From Clostridiales bacterium (lineage in GTDB: Bacteria; Bacillota; Clostridia; Lachnospirales; Lachnospiraceae), in contig JAJQCO010000231.1 of the NCBI GenBank assembly GCA_021202655.1, positions 25 to 64,024 on the forward strand: a stretch of DNA of 64,000 nucleotides. The letters run 5' to 3'. This document shows positions 45,435 through 54,639 of this stretch, one piece after another. The position numbers and the translations under genes are program-made. The notes below the pieces were generated by a model. It made no database searches and was not told where the DNA came from. It worked only from the letters and a program-made list of their open reading frames with translations. Position 1 is the stretch's first letter; each line of letters begins with the position of its first letter.

Positions 45435-46949
45435 TTACTTCGCCTCCTTTCCATGAGACGCCCCGTCCGCGGGGTCATGCACGCCGATGCTGCGTGCGAT
45501 TTCCGGCGCCTGATAGCTCCTGCTCTGCTCAAAGGCGTATCCGGCGCGGATGATATTCTTCTCCCGGAAACAGTCGCCGATCAGCTGTAAACCGATCGGA
45601 AGTCCCTGTGAATCCAGACCGCAGGGCACGCTCATTCCCGGAAGCCCGGCCAGATTCACGGATATCGTATAGATATCGCCCAGATACATCTGCAGCGGAT
45701 CGCCAAGCGACTCTCCCAGCTTCGGCGCTGTCGTCGGCGACGCCGGACCCAGAATCACGTCATATTTTTCAAAGGCACGGTCAAAGGCCTGTTTGATCAG
45801 CGCCTTCGTGCGCAGCGCCTTCAGGTAATACGCGTCATAATAACCGCTGCTTAAAACGAAGGAGCCCAGCATAATCCGCCGTTTGACCTCCGGGCCGAAG
45901 CCCTCGGAACGACTCTTCTTGTACATGTTGTGCAGGCCGTCATATTCCTTCGTCCGATAACCATATTTCACGCCGTCGAAGCGGGACAGGTTCGAGCTGG
46001 CCTCGGCGGAGGCAATGACATAATATGCCGGAATCGCGTATTCCACCAGGCTTAAATCAAACTCCTCCACGACGGCTCCCTTCGACTCGAGCACCTTCGC
46101 CGCGGCGAGAACCGCCTCCTTCACCTCAGCGTTGAGGCCGTCGCCAAAATAATCTCTCGGAATTCCAATCCGCATTCCCTTCACATCGTCCACCAGGGCG
46201 GAGGTAAAATCCGTATCGTCGCGGTTCACCGATGTGCTGTCCTTCCTGTCATACGACGCGATCGCCTCCAGGACGGTCGCGCAGTCCGTCACGTCCTTCG
46301 CGATCGGCCCGATCTGGTCAAGCGAAGAGCCATAAGCAATCAGGCCATAGCGGGAGACGGTCCCATAGGTCGGCTTGATGCCGGTCACGCCGCAGAAGGA
46401 GCTTGGTTGACGAATCGAGCCGCCCGTATCCGAGCCCAGAGCGTAAAAGCATTCATTTGCCGCAACCGCCGCGCAGGAGCCGCCGGAGGAGCCGCCGGGA
46501 ACATGTCCGATATTCCACGGATTTTTCGTCTCTCCGAAGGCAGAGGTCTCCGTCGTGCTTCCCATGGCAAACTCATCCATGTTGGTCTTGCCAAGGATGA
46601 CCGCTCCCGCCTTCTCAAGGCATGCCACCGCCTCCGCCGTAAAGGTCGGACGGAAATTGTACAGGATCTTCGAGCTGCAGGTCGTCAGCATCCCCTCCGT
46701 ACACATATTATCCTTGATCGCCACCGGCACACCGGCGAGCGGGCCGGAAAGCTTTCCCGCTTCGATCTTTTTCTGCACCTCTTCCGCTCTTTTCAGGGCG
46801 CCGTCCTCGTCGATCGTCACATAGCAGTTCAGCGTCGACTCTAACGCCTTGATCTGGGCAAGCGACTCTCTCGTCGCTTCCACGGCGCTCACTTCGCCCG
46901 CTTTTATCTTCCTGCCGAGTTCCACGGCCGTCAAATCCAATAAGCTCAC
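45435..46949 (-). CDS. gatA: Asp/Glu-tRNA amidotransferase subunit A
   Basis: Amidase signature GGSSGGSCAAVA..GSDTGGSIRQP. Confidence 0.95.
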   Translation of the reverse strand: MSLLDLTAVELGRKIKAGEVSAVEATRESLAQIKALESTLNCYVTIDEDGALKRAEEVQKKIEAGKLSGPLAGVPVAIKDNMCTEGMLTTCSSKILYNFRPTFTAEAVACLEKAGAVILGKTNMDEFAMGSTTETSAFGETKNPWNIGHVPGGSSGGSCAAVAANECFYALGSDTGGSIRQPSSFCGVTGIKPTYGTVSRYGLIAYGSSLDQIGPIAKDVTDCATVLEAIASYDRKDSTSVNRDDTDFTSALVDDVKGMRIGIPRDYFGDGLNAEVKEAVLAAAKVLESKGAVVEEFDLSLVEYAIPAYYVIASAEASSNLSRFDGVKYGYRTKEYDGLHNMYKKSRSEGFGPEVKRRIMLGSFVLSSGYYDAYYLKALRTKALIKQAFDRAFEKYDVILGPASPTTAPKLGESLGDPLQMYLGDIYTISVNLAGLPGMSVPCGLDSQGLPIGLQLIGDCFREKNIIRAGYAFEQSRSYQAPEIARSIGVHDPADGASHGKEAK

Positions 46950-46959
46950 GTCGTCCCTC

Positions 46960-47253
46960 CTACTCTACCGTCTTCGGCACCATAAACTGCCCGTCCTTCT
47001 TCTGCGGCGCGTTGAGGATGATGTTTTCCCGGTCATCCCCGTTGGTCACCACATCCTCCCGGAACACATTGTTCACCGGAAACACATGAGACATCGGCTC
47101 CACGCCGTCCGTGTCCAGCTCGTTCAGCTTATCAATATAATCCAGCATCCGTCCCATGTCCCTCTTCGCGTCTTCCTTTTCCGCATCCGAAAGCTCCAGC
47201 TTTGCCAGAATGCCGACATACTCTATCGTCTCATCGCTGATGATATTTGCCAT
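46960..47253 (-). CDS. gatC: Asp/Glu-tRNA amidotransferase subunit C
   Basis: 97 aa, ..[27 protein letters not shown].., upstream of gatA. Confidence 0.9.
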   Translation of the reverse strand: MANIISDETIEYVGILAKLELSDAEKEDAKRDMGRMLDYIDKLNELDTDGVEPMSHVFPVNNVFREDVVTNGDDRENIILNAPQKKDGQFMVPKTVE

Positions 47254-47281
47254 CTGCTGCTCCTTTCCTTTTCTCGTGATT

Positions 47282-48613
47282 CTACGGGTTCAGGCGGGTG
47301 ACGTCTCTCGGGAAAAGGGTCGTCTCACGCACATTCTGCTCATCCAGAAGCCGCATGGTCAGACGCTCCAGGCCGATGCCCAGGCCACCGTGCGGCGGCA
47401 TCCCATAGCGGAAGATCATCAGATAATCGCTGATGTCCGCAGGATCCATATTCCGCTTCTCCATCTTATCCAGGATCATCGCATAATCATGAATCCTCTG
47501 TCCGCCGGTCGTGATCTCCAGACCCTTATAGAGCAGATCGAAGCTCAGAGTAAACCGCGGATCCGCCGGGTCGTCCATCGCATAGAAGGGACGTTTTTTG
47601 CTGGGATAATGCGTGACAAACACGAAATCACTGCCGTATTCCTCTTTGAAATACCGTCCGATCAGTCCCTCCTCTTCCGGCTCCAGGTCGAACGGATTGC
47701 GGATCTTCCGCCCGTATTTCTCCGATACCAGCTCCTTCGCTACATCAAACCGAACCTGGGGAATCTTCTCGATATGGGGAACCTCGACGCCCAGGATCTT
47801 AAGCTCCGTCTGATATTCCCTTCCAAGGAGCTCCATGGTATAAATCAAGAAACCGGTCTCCATCGCCATAACATCCTCAAAGCTCTCAATATAACCCATC
47901 TCAAAATCCAGGCTGGTGTATTCGTTCAGATGTCGGGTCGTGTTGTGCTTCTCCGCGCGGAACACCGGCGCGGTCTCAAACACCCGGTCAAATACCCCCA
48001 CCATCATCTGCTTATAAAACTGCGGGCTCTGCCCCAGCTCCGCTTTTTTATTAAAATAATTCAGCTTAAAGACGTTCGCTCCTCCCTCCGCGCCGCGGGA
48101 TACGATCTTCGGCGTGTGAATCTCCGTAAAGCCCTGAGAGGACAAAAATTCGCGGAAGCCTCTGACCAGACCCTCCTGGATGCGGAACTTCGCCCGCTCA
48201 CGCACATTGCGGAGCGTGATCGGACGAAGCGCCAGCTTCGTCTCAAGAGAAGTGTTCAGCTTCCACTTGTTGATCGCAATCGGAAGCCCCTCCGCCGGCT
48301 CAGACAGCACCCGGATCTCACTCAAACGCAACTCAAATCCATGCGGCGCCCGCTCCTCCGTCGCAACGGTCCCGGTCACCACGACCGCCGCCTCCTCCTT
48401 CAGATTCTTCACATCAAACGCCGTCTTGCCCTCCTCGCAGACACACTGCACCAGGCCGTCCGCCCTGCGCAGGATCACAAAGGCGAATTCTCCCATATCG
48501 CGGATATTGTGTACCGCGCCTTCCATCTTCACGGTTTTGCCCACAAGATCCCCGTCCAGAATCGCGCGGATACCGATCGTCTCCTTCTCCTTTACGCCTG
48601 TCAAAAACTCCAT
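47282..48613 (-). CDS. aspS: aspartate--tRNA ligase, archaeal/type-2 form (likely non-discriminating)
   Basis: Class II motifs [22 protein letters not shown] and [10 protein letters not shown], ~443 aa. The ATG at 48613 follows AGGAGG, and the track start at 48700 lies inside the repeat element. It is co-operonic with gatCAB. Confidence 0.85.
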   Translation of the reverse strand: MEFLTGVKEKETIGIRAILDGDLVGKTVKMEGAVHNIRDMGEFAFVILRRADGLVQCVCEEGKTAFDVKNLKEEAAVVVTGTVATEERAPHGFELRLSEIRVLSEPAEGLPIAINKWKLNTSLETKLALRPITLRNVRERAKFRIQEGLVRGFREFLSSQGFTEIHTPKIVSRGAEGGANVFKLNYFNKKAELGQSPQFYKQMMVGVFDRVFETAPVFRAEKHNTTRHLNEYTSLDFEMGYIESFEDVMAMETGFLIYTMELLGREYQTELKILGVEVPHIEKIPQVRFDVAKELVSEKYGRKIRNPFDLEPEEEGLIGRYFKEEYGSDFVFVTHYPSKKRPFYAMDDPADPRFTLSFDLLYKGLEITTGGQRIHDYAMILDKMEKRNMDPADISDYLMIFRYGMPPHGGLGIGLERLTMRLLDEQNVRETTLFPRDVTRLNP

Positions 48614-48637
48614 CTCTTCCTCCTGTCTTCTCTGTCT

Positions 48638-48902
48638 AGTATGAAAGTCGATGACTCCGCTCTGCGAGCTACTTTGTATAAGTTCGACTACGGAAATCAC
48701 AGATTTCCTGTCTCACTTATCTCGTCATCGCCGCCAGTATTCGCAATCCGGGCTTCTCCGCTCCGCTTCGGTCGGTGCTAAACGAGCGCCACCGGCGCTC
48801 AGCACCGCCCTACTTGCTCATACCGGCTTGGTTGCCAAATGTCTGTACGTCCTTGCGTGCAAGCACGCAGTCCGTACAGCCGCTTGGCAACACTTTCATA
48901 GT
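48638..48902 (-). repeat. 265-nt hairpin-rich relative of the intergenic repeat, bounded by the same ATGAAAGT/ACTTTCAT clamp
   Basis: Clamp at 48641-48648 / 48892-48899. Internal stems: CGATGAC/GTCATCG (48649-55 / 48724-30), GGAAATC/GATTTCC (48692-98 / 48702-08), GTGCT-GAGCGCC/GGCGCTC-AGCAC (48775-48805), and a long hairpin GTTGCCAA..CTGTACG..TGCGTGC/GCACGCA..CGTACAG..TTGGCAAC (48831-48891). Confidence 0.75.
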
Positions 48903-49022
48903 AAGCGACTATGCTAAGCTCAGTCTGCGCCTGGCGGCTTGACTTCGCTAAGCGCCGCTGCATACATGAAAGCAGCCAATCATTCTGCGCCTAACGGCTT
49001 GAATTCTTGGGCTTTCATAGTA
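48898..49022 (-). repeat. structured intergenic repeat, copy 2
   Basis: Its reverse complement aligns end to end with 31974-32097 and 56578-56698. It starts directly after the T-box terminator U-run. Confidence 0.85.
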
Positions 49023-49381
49023 AAAAATCCCGCCCCGGAATACTGTCACATATTCCGGGACGGGACATATCTCCTCTATGCTTCCCGCGGTACCACCCGC
49101 ATTGAACGCCGCCGCCCGCAACCGGAACTGCAGCCTTCCACTCTTAAGCCGTAACGTGACCTGACGGGTATCCCTACGCAGCCGCCCTGCCGCGCGCCTC
49201 ATGCGGCAGCCTCTCCGGCTCTTTCGAAATACCGGCTCCGGAGTGTTCCCTTCTGCCACGTCCAACCTGACGGCGCTCTCAGTCGGTGACGCCCTCTCCC
49301 TGTCGAAGTCCTGCTGGCAAGAGTCTCCTTCTCAGCCTTTCCCGTGTTCCCAGACATCTGCATGTCGCCGAACACCAGATT
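49022..49381 (-). promoter_or_regulatory. T-box riboswitch leader of the aspS-gatCAB operon
   Basis: The minus strand reads AATGCGGGTGGTACCGCGGGAAG (T-box sequence, 49083-49103). A terminator follows: TCCCGTCCCGGAATA..TATTCCGGGGCGGGA plus TTTTTT (49022-49065). Upstream are AGGGAGAG / TGAGAG Stem-I-like elements and two GGGAACAC motifs. Confidence 0.85.
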
Positions 49382-49387
49382 TCTAAC

Positions 49388-49416
49388 ATCTTAGCACAAG
49401 TTATTTTTGAATGCAA
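49388..49416 (-). promoter_or_regulatory. sigma-A promoter of the T-box leader
   Basis: The minus strand has TTGCAT, a 17-nt spacer and TAAGAT, with a TG at the extended -10 position. Confidence 0.55.
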
Positions 49417-49445
49417 GGTCAAATTTGAACAAAGATTCCGTCCTG

Positions 49446-50762
49446 TCAATTAAGGAATGCGCTAAACTGCCCGAAGAGAATGCCCGCGAGGATCAGTACG
49501 ATCCCTCCGCCTAGGCGCGTCGACAGCTGCGCGTAGGAAATCAGACCCATACGCCCGGACGCTCCCAGCACCGCCAGATCACCGGCTCCGCCCCGGTTCG
49601 CCATACACAGCCCGGCCGTGATCGCCGAATCGATTGGGTACAGCCCGACCAGCCATCCCACAATCGCCGAGCCGATCACCGCGCCGAGGACGATCGCCAG
49701 CGCGATCACCACATTGGCCGGCGTCAGCACGCGAAACATAATATCAACATTCGTATCCGCACCGACGCCAACCATGAGAATCAGCGCCATATTGGTGCTG
49801 AAAAATGCCTGCAACCTTCTGGCTGCCGCGCAGATATGATCCGGAATGATTCCCAGCATGGACGCAGCCAGTACCAACGCGATCATACAGGTCAGGGCAT
49901 GAATCGGGACCCCAAGGATCTTCGGCAGAACCGCCACCGAAAGCAGTCGACCAAGCGCATAAAATCCAAGCGCCAGGAAAAACGCGCCCCCAAGATCACG
50001 CACGCTGCAGCCGACCCGCTTACGATCCGTCGGCGCCACACCGCCCTTTCTGAGCAGCACCTTTCCGTCCCCCGTCCACTCCGGGTTTTTCCTCCCGACC
50101 CGGTCAAGCAGCGCGGCGATCAGCACCGCGAAGACATTGGCAACCGTCAGAATCATAATCGCAAAGGTATAATAGCCCGCGGACGGAGCGCCGGTCACTG
50201 TCTGATAAATCTGACTGAGAGGAATGGCTCCCGCTCCGTTGCCTCCGCTCATAATGGGAAGCATATACTTAAGGATCACCGCTAACGGCTGCACGCCAAA
50301 CAGCACGCCCGCCATCGCGCCGAACAGCGACGCCCCCGCCAGACCGCCCAGGATCGCCGGAATATACCGCCGGAAGGAACGGATCAGCAGATTTCGATCC
50401 AGCGAAAGGAGGGAGCCGGTGATGACGATGATGATATACAGCGTCAGAAAATCCGCCAGATTCATCACACTCCGGATGGATTCCGCATAGACATGCGGAA
50501 TGATCTGCCAGGAAAACAGACAGGCCGACGCCAGAAAGGTAAGCATCAGCCCGCCCCCTATGTAAGTATTCCAGATCGGAATCCGCTCTCCGATCTCATT
50601 ACAGATAATTCCGATCGCCAGCATCAGCGCAAAACACCCCGCCGCATCCGTAGATAGCGCCCCCGTCATCGCCGCGACAATGGCGACAAGCGCCGCCCCC
50701 ACGGCAAGATACCACGGCAGACCAAACGTGATCGGATGAAGTCCCTTCCCCTCTGACATCAT
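49446..50762 (-). CDS. 2-hydroxycarboxylate transporter family protein (citrate/malate:cation symporter-like)
   Basis: ~438 aa polytopic protein. FGLPWYLAVGA.., NEIGERIPIWNTYIGGG, and two reentrant-loop-like GGNGAG / NRGGAGD motifs characteristic of the 2HCT family. Confidence 0.75.
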   Translation of the reverse strand: MMSEGKGLHPITFGLPWYLAVGAALVAIVAAMTGALSTDAAGCFALMLAIGIICNEIGERIPIWNTYIGGGLMLTFLASACLFSWQIIPHVYAESIRSVMNLADFLTLYIIIVITGSLLSLDRNLLIRSFRRYIPAILGGLAGASLFGAMAGVLFGVQPLAVILKYMLPIMSGGNGAGAIPLSQIYQTVTGAPSAGYYTFAIMILTVANVFAVLIAALLDRVGRKNPEWTGDGKVLLRKGGVAPTDRKRVGCSVRDLGGAFFLALGFYALGRLLSVAVLPKILGVPIHALTCMIALVLAASMLGIIPDHICAAARRLQAFFSTNMALILMVGVGADTNVDIMFRVLTPANVVIALAIVLGAVIGSAIVGWLVGLYPIDSAITAGLCMANRGGAGDLAVLGASGRMGLISYAQLSTRLGGGIVLILAGILFGQFSAFLN

Positions 50763-50848
50763 CACACCCCCTGTTATGATGCGATACCGGAGCCAGATGT
50801 ATCTGACCTCATGGCATCGCAATTTCTTTGCAAGATCTTAACACCATA

Positions 50849-50877
50849 AGCATAGCATCTGTCGATTTGTATGTCAA
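50849..50877 (-). promoter_or_regulatory. sigma-A promoter of the 2HCT transporter gene
   Basis: The minus strand has TTGACA, a 17-nt spacer and TATGCT. Confidence 0.6.
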
Positions 50878-50903
50878 TTTTGTTATTATTCTGTCAAAAC
50901 AAT

Positions 50904-50954
50904 ATTACGATTCACAGGATTGCGAATGTCTGAGCGACCCCCGTGAATCGTAAT
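50904..50954. repeat. perfect 12-bp inverted repeat ATTACGATTCAC / GTGAATCGTAAT with a 27-nt spacer (possible terminator or protein site)
   Basis: Seen directly. It lies between the capA-like stop and the transporter promoter, and the minus-strand downstream flank is ATTGTTTTGAC. Confidence 0.6.
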
Positions 50955-50970
50955 AAAACAAAAGAACCAA

Positions 50971-52293
50971 TCACCGACAACGGATCGATCCGTCTGTCTC
51001 ATCACAGACAAACTGTGTCCCGTATTTTGCACTGATCGCCTGAAGCCGCTTTGCCATCCCCGCCACGACCTCCGGCGTCGCCAGAGTCGGAAGTCCCCGC
51101 TTTAACGGTTGCTCCGCATCCAGCTTCAGATCCAGCGGGATCATTTTCCAGGTCATCCCCTCCTCCGTCTTATCAAACAGCACCATCGCATTCTCGGAAA
51201 AACGGCGCTCGGATGCAAAACCGATGAAATGTCCCTCCCTGTCCTTTACGCGGTTTCCGTGAAGATCCGATGGCCGACAGCCGGGATCATAGCCGTAGCT
51301 CTCATACATCTCCGGGGCAATGATAGACTCACCGGCCTCAAACTCCATGAGAAGACTTCCCAGATTGTAGAAAATCGGTTTTCCCTTATAAATCTCCACC
51401 CCACGCATGAAATGAGCGCCATGACCGATCACCGTATCGGCGCCCGCGTCGATGGCCTGATGGCAGATCGACTCAATAAAGGCAGGCGGTTCCGTCGAAT
51501 ACCAGTTTTCATTCACGCCCTCATGGGTATGAAGGCTGAACACCGTCAGATCCGCGCGGCGGGATGCATCACGGACACTCTTCCTGATCTCCTCCGCGTC
51601 CTTTTCATTGGCAAAGGTTCTCACATAGGCCCGATCGCCCTTCTCAATCTTCAGATTCCCTTCATAAAGAGAGCCAAACTGAAAATGATTCTCATCGGAC
51701 GGCGGGAAGGTCTCGATACGATTCCCCTCATCCACACTGGCCTTTGTCCCCAAAAGCGTATCAATCCGCCTGAGCTCTTCAAACTCCCGTTCCGGTAAGA
51801 CGTAGGACTGCTTCCAGCGAAGTGGATTGACTCCGGGTCGGGCCGCCACACCGGCACCCTCGTCGCTCGCCGCAAACACCTCCGAGCGGGTGGAGCCAGC
51901 CGCTACAACCCCGATGCGTCCGGCTGCCGTATCCAGAAATCTCGGCAAACGCGCTTCCAGCAGATTCCGCCCCAGGCCGCAGGGAACCAGCTTCCTCTCC
52001 TCCGCCGCATGGATGGTGTCCATCACCCCCTGCCACCCATAATCCCCGGAATGATTGTTCACAAAAGAAACCAGCCGGATATTCATTTCCACAAACTCAT
52101 CCAGGCGGTCCGCCCGGACCGAAGTCATGTAGCCTCTTCCGGGCGCCGGCGGCGTCTCGGGCCGCGGAGTGCAGAATTCCGCGTTTGTAAAAACTCCATC
52201 TGCCTCCTTCAGATACGCAATCAGCTTCGGATCCAGCCGGTTCACCAGATTTTTACTGGAAAACAGGGAATCCCCACAGGCAACAAATCTCAT
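50971..52293 (-). CDS. CapA/PGA_cap family metallophosphoesterase-like protein
   Basis: MRFVACGDSLF.., VSFVNNHSGDYG and VFSLHTHEG motifs typical of CapA-type proteins. Its start overlaps the upstream stop (ATGA). Confidence 0.7.
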   Translation of the reverse strand: MRFVACGDSLFSSKNLVNRLDPKLIAYLKEADGVFTNAEFCTPRPETPPAPGRGYMTSVRADRLDEFVEMNIRLVSFVNNHSGDYGWQGVMDTIHAAEERKLVPCGLGRNLLEARLPRFLDTAAGRIGVVAAGSTRSEVFAASDEGAGVAARPGVNPLRWKQSYVLPEREFEELRRIDTLLGTKASVDEGNRIETFPPSDENHFQFGSLYEGNLKIEKGDRAYVRTFANEKDAEEIRKSVRDASRRADLTVFSLHTHEGVNENWYSTEPPAFIESICHQAIDAGADTVIGHGAHFMRGVEIYKGKPIFYNLGSLLMEFEAGESIIAPEMYESYGYDPGCRPSDLHGNRVKDREGHFIGFASERRFSENAMVLFDKTEEGMTWKMIPLDLKLDAEQPLKRGLPTLATPEVVAGMAKRLQAISAKYGTQFVCDETDGSIRCR

Positions 52294-53858
52294 TTTCTCT
52301 TTTCCCTCCTGAATTCACCCGCCACCTCCTGCCTGAAGACGTACAAAACCGGGTCGATATATTCTCCGTAATGCCATACATTCCGCTCCGCACAAATCTC
52401 CAGCGCCGGACCGCAGAAGGCGACGCGGAAGGTATCATAAAAGGGAGTATGGTCAAAGACCATTCTCAGCACAAAAACGTCTTCTTCCCATGCCCCGGCG
52501 CAGGAAACCTCCGGATACAGCACATTCCAGTCGGTGTCCGTATCCTCCAGGCGAATTCCTGTCGTTCCCTCAATCCATCGTCCAAAGCCGACCGATACGC
52601 GAAAATCTCCATCCTCGGTTTCCAGAAAAATCTCCGGAACGTCTCCGCCGAAACAAAACGTCATCGCCCGGAAGCCGCGGCGGTTACGGCCAAACACATA
52701 GCGCACGTCGCCGTACCGCTCTTCCACGGCACGATTTTCTGCCTTTCCCTGCGGAAGCGGAATCTGGCAGGATGCGAGCCTGGAAAAAAGGATCTTCTCG
52801 TCAGCATCTGCCCTTTTCCTGGCATCCTCATCCGTCTGGCTCCTATCGTCCTTCTCCTCCAGGAAAGCCGGATACAGCAGATTCCACACGCTTTCAAACA
52901 GATGATCGGCATGTGTGCCGCAGGTCATGGCCACCACGGCATCCTTCTTCGGAAATACCATCATATACTGGCCGAAGCCGCCGCTTGCCATGTAGGCGTC
53001 CTCTTTTCGCAGACGCCAGATCTGATAACCATAGCCGCCGTGAAAGTCGGGCGCATCGGCAGGATTTGACGTCGGATGCGCCGCGTTGGATACCTGGGCG
53101 GACACCGCCTCCTGTACCCATCCGGGATCCAGAAGCTGCCTTCCTTCCCAGCTTCCCTTCTGTAACAGAAACTGCCCCAGCCTGGCGAAGTCCTCCGTCG
53201 TCAGCATCAGCCCCCAGCCGCCGACTGAAATATGCTGAGGACTCTCCTCCCACCATTCGCCCCGGATGCTGAGCGGGCAAAAAAGCCTTTCTTTCAGATA
53301 ATCCCACAAAGTACAGCCGGTCACCTTCTGCACAATGGCCGAAAGCATATAGGAGGCATGCGTGCTGTAAACGAACCGGCTGCCCGGCTCGTTCGGCACA
53401 TATGCGGTCAGAAAATTCCGGATCCAGTCCGTCCTCCCCTCAAAAGGGAAATCATGAGGATCCTCGTCAAAGCCCACCGACATCGTCAGAAGATGCCGGA
53501 TCGTGACCTGCTTCATATGCTCGCAGACATCCCCGTCCAGATGCTCCCCGAAGAAAGAGACGACCCGGTCATCCATGCGGATCCGTCCCTCCTGCACCGC
53601 AAATCCTATTCCCAGCGCCGTAAATGTCTTGGACGCTGAAAACAGCGTATACGGTTTCTCCGGGGCATAGGGCGTCCAATATCCCTCCGCCGCTACCTTC
53701 CCATGACGCAAAATAACCAGGGAATGGATATCAATCGCGTGATGTTCCAACGCGTCCAGAAAATCCATGACTCCCTGGCTGTCAATGGCAAGCTGAGACG
53801 GCGTGCTTCTCGGAAGGAACCGGCTGTCCGGATTCCCTTCCCTGTCTTTCACCACCAT
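52290..53858 (-). CDS. serine hydrolase (beta-lactamase / class C-like family) with an extra C-terminal domain
   Basis: SxxK motif FSASKTFTALGIG, then a ~170-aa C-terminal extension. The ATG at 53858 follows GAGGGTGA and avoids overlap with the ABC ATPase. Confidence 0.75.
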   Translation of the reverse strand: MVVKDREGNPDSRFLPRSTPSQLAIDSQGVMDFLDALEHHAIDIHSLVILRHGKVAAEGYWTPYAPEKPYTLFSASKTFTALGIGFAVQEGRIRMDDRVVSFFGEHLDGDVCEHMKQVTIRHLLTMSVGFDEDPHDFPFEGRTDWIRNFLTAYVPNEPGSRFVYSTHASYMLSAIVQKVTGCTLWDYLKERLFCPLSIRGEWWEESPQHISVGGWGLMLTTEDFARLGQFLLQKGSWEGRQLLDPGWVQEAVSAQVSNAAHPTSNPADAPDFHGGYGYQIWRLRKEDAYMASGGFGQYMMVFPKKDAVVAMTCGTHADHLFESVWNLLYPAFLEEKDDRSQTDEDARKRADADEKILFSRLASCQIPLPQGKAENRAVEERYGDVRYVFGRNRRGFRAMTFCFGGDVPEIFLETEDGDFRVSVGFGRWIEGTTGIRLEDTDTDWNVLYPEVSCAGAWEEDVFVLRMVFDHTPFYDTFRVAFCGPALEICAERNVWHYGEYIDPVLYVFRQEVAGEFRREKRK

Positions 53859-53871
53859 ATTCACCCTCGCC

Positions 53872-54639
53872 TTATCCTTTCTCCGCAGCGCCAATCGTCT
53901 CCTGCGGAATATATACACGTGACAGAAACTGCTTCGTCCGCTCCTCCTTCGTGTGGATAAATACCTCCTCCGGCGTCCCGGACTCCAGAACCACGCCCTC
54001 ATCCATGAAGAGCACCTTATTGCAGATCTGGTAAATAAAATTCATCTCATGGGAGACAATCACCATCGTCCGCTTTTCATTCGCCAGCTGCCGGATGACG
54101 TCCAGCACCTCTCCGATCATCTCCGGATCCAGCGCAGAGGTCGGCTCGTCAAGAAGGATCACCTTCGGATCCAGCGCAATCGCCCGGGCCAGTGCAACCC
54201 GCTGCTGCTGACCGCCGGAGAGCTGAGACGGGAAGAAATCCTTCCGATCGGAAAGCCCCACCTTATCCAGCAGCTCATCCGCGATGCGTCTGGCCTCCGC
54301 CTCCGGCTTCTTCTGAACACGGATCAGCCCCAGCATGACATTCTCTCTGGCGTCCTTTTCCCGAAACAGATTAAACTGCTGAAATACCATGGCAGTATTG
54401 CGGCGCATATAAAGAATATTCTTCTTGCCCGGATTTCTCACATCAAACGATACCTGATCCAGCTCAATGTGTCCTCTGTCCGCCCGCTCCAGGAAATTAA
54501 TGCAGCGGAGAAGCGTCGATTTTCCGGAACCGGAGGAGCCGATCACGCCGACGATATCGCCCTTTTCCACCGACATATCGACACCCTTCAGCACTTCCGT
54601 CCTGCCAAAGCTCTTATAAAATCCCGTCAGGTTAAGCAC
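53872..54639 (-). CDS. amino-acid ABC transporter ATP-binding protein
   Basis: Walker A GSSGSGKST, signature LSGGQQQRVALARA, Walker B ILLDEPTSALD. GTG start. Confidence 0.92.
   Translation of the reverse strand: MLNLTGFYKSFGRTEVLKGVDMSVEKGDIVGVIGSSGSGKSTLLRCINFLERADRGHIELDQVSFDVRNPGKKNILYMRRNTAMVFQQFNLFREKDARENVMLGLIRVQKKPEAEARRIADELLDKVGLSDRKDFFPSQLSGGQQQRVALARAIALDPKVILLDEPTSALDPEMIGEVLDVIRQLANEKRTMVIVSHEMNFIYQICNKVLFMDEGVVLESGTPEEVFIHTKEERTKQFLSRVYIPQETIGAAEKG

Noticed and set aside
48651-49265. Track ORFs 48651-48917 (+), 48939-49154 (+) and 48948-49265 (-), plus 56410-56634 (-), which share peptide similarity (..HPAPNGL(D/N)SW..).
   Set aside because: The similarity comes from translating the nucleotide repeat copies and the T-box leader. 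The ORFs lie in non-coding leader or 3' UTR space and lack translation signals.
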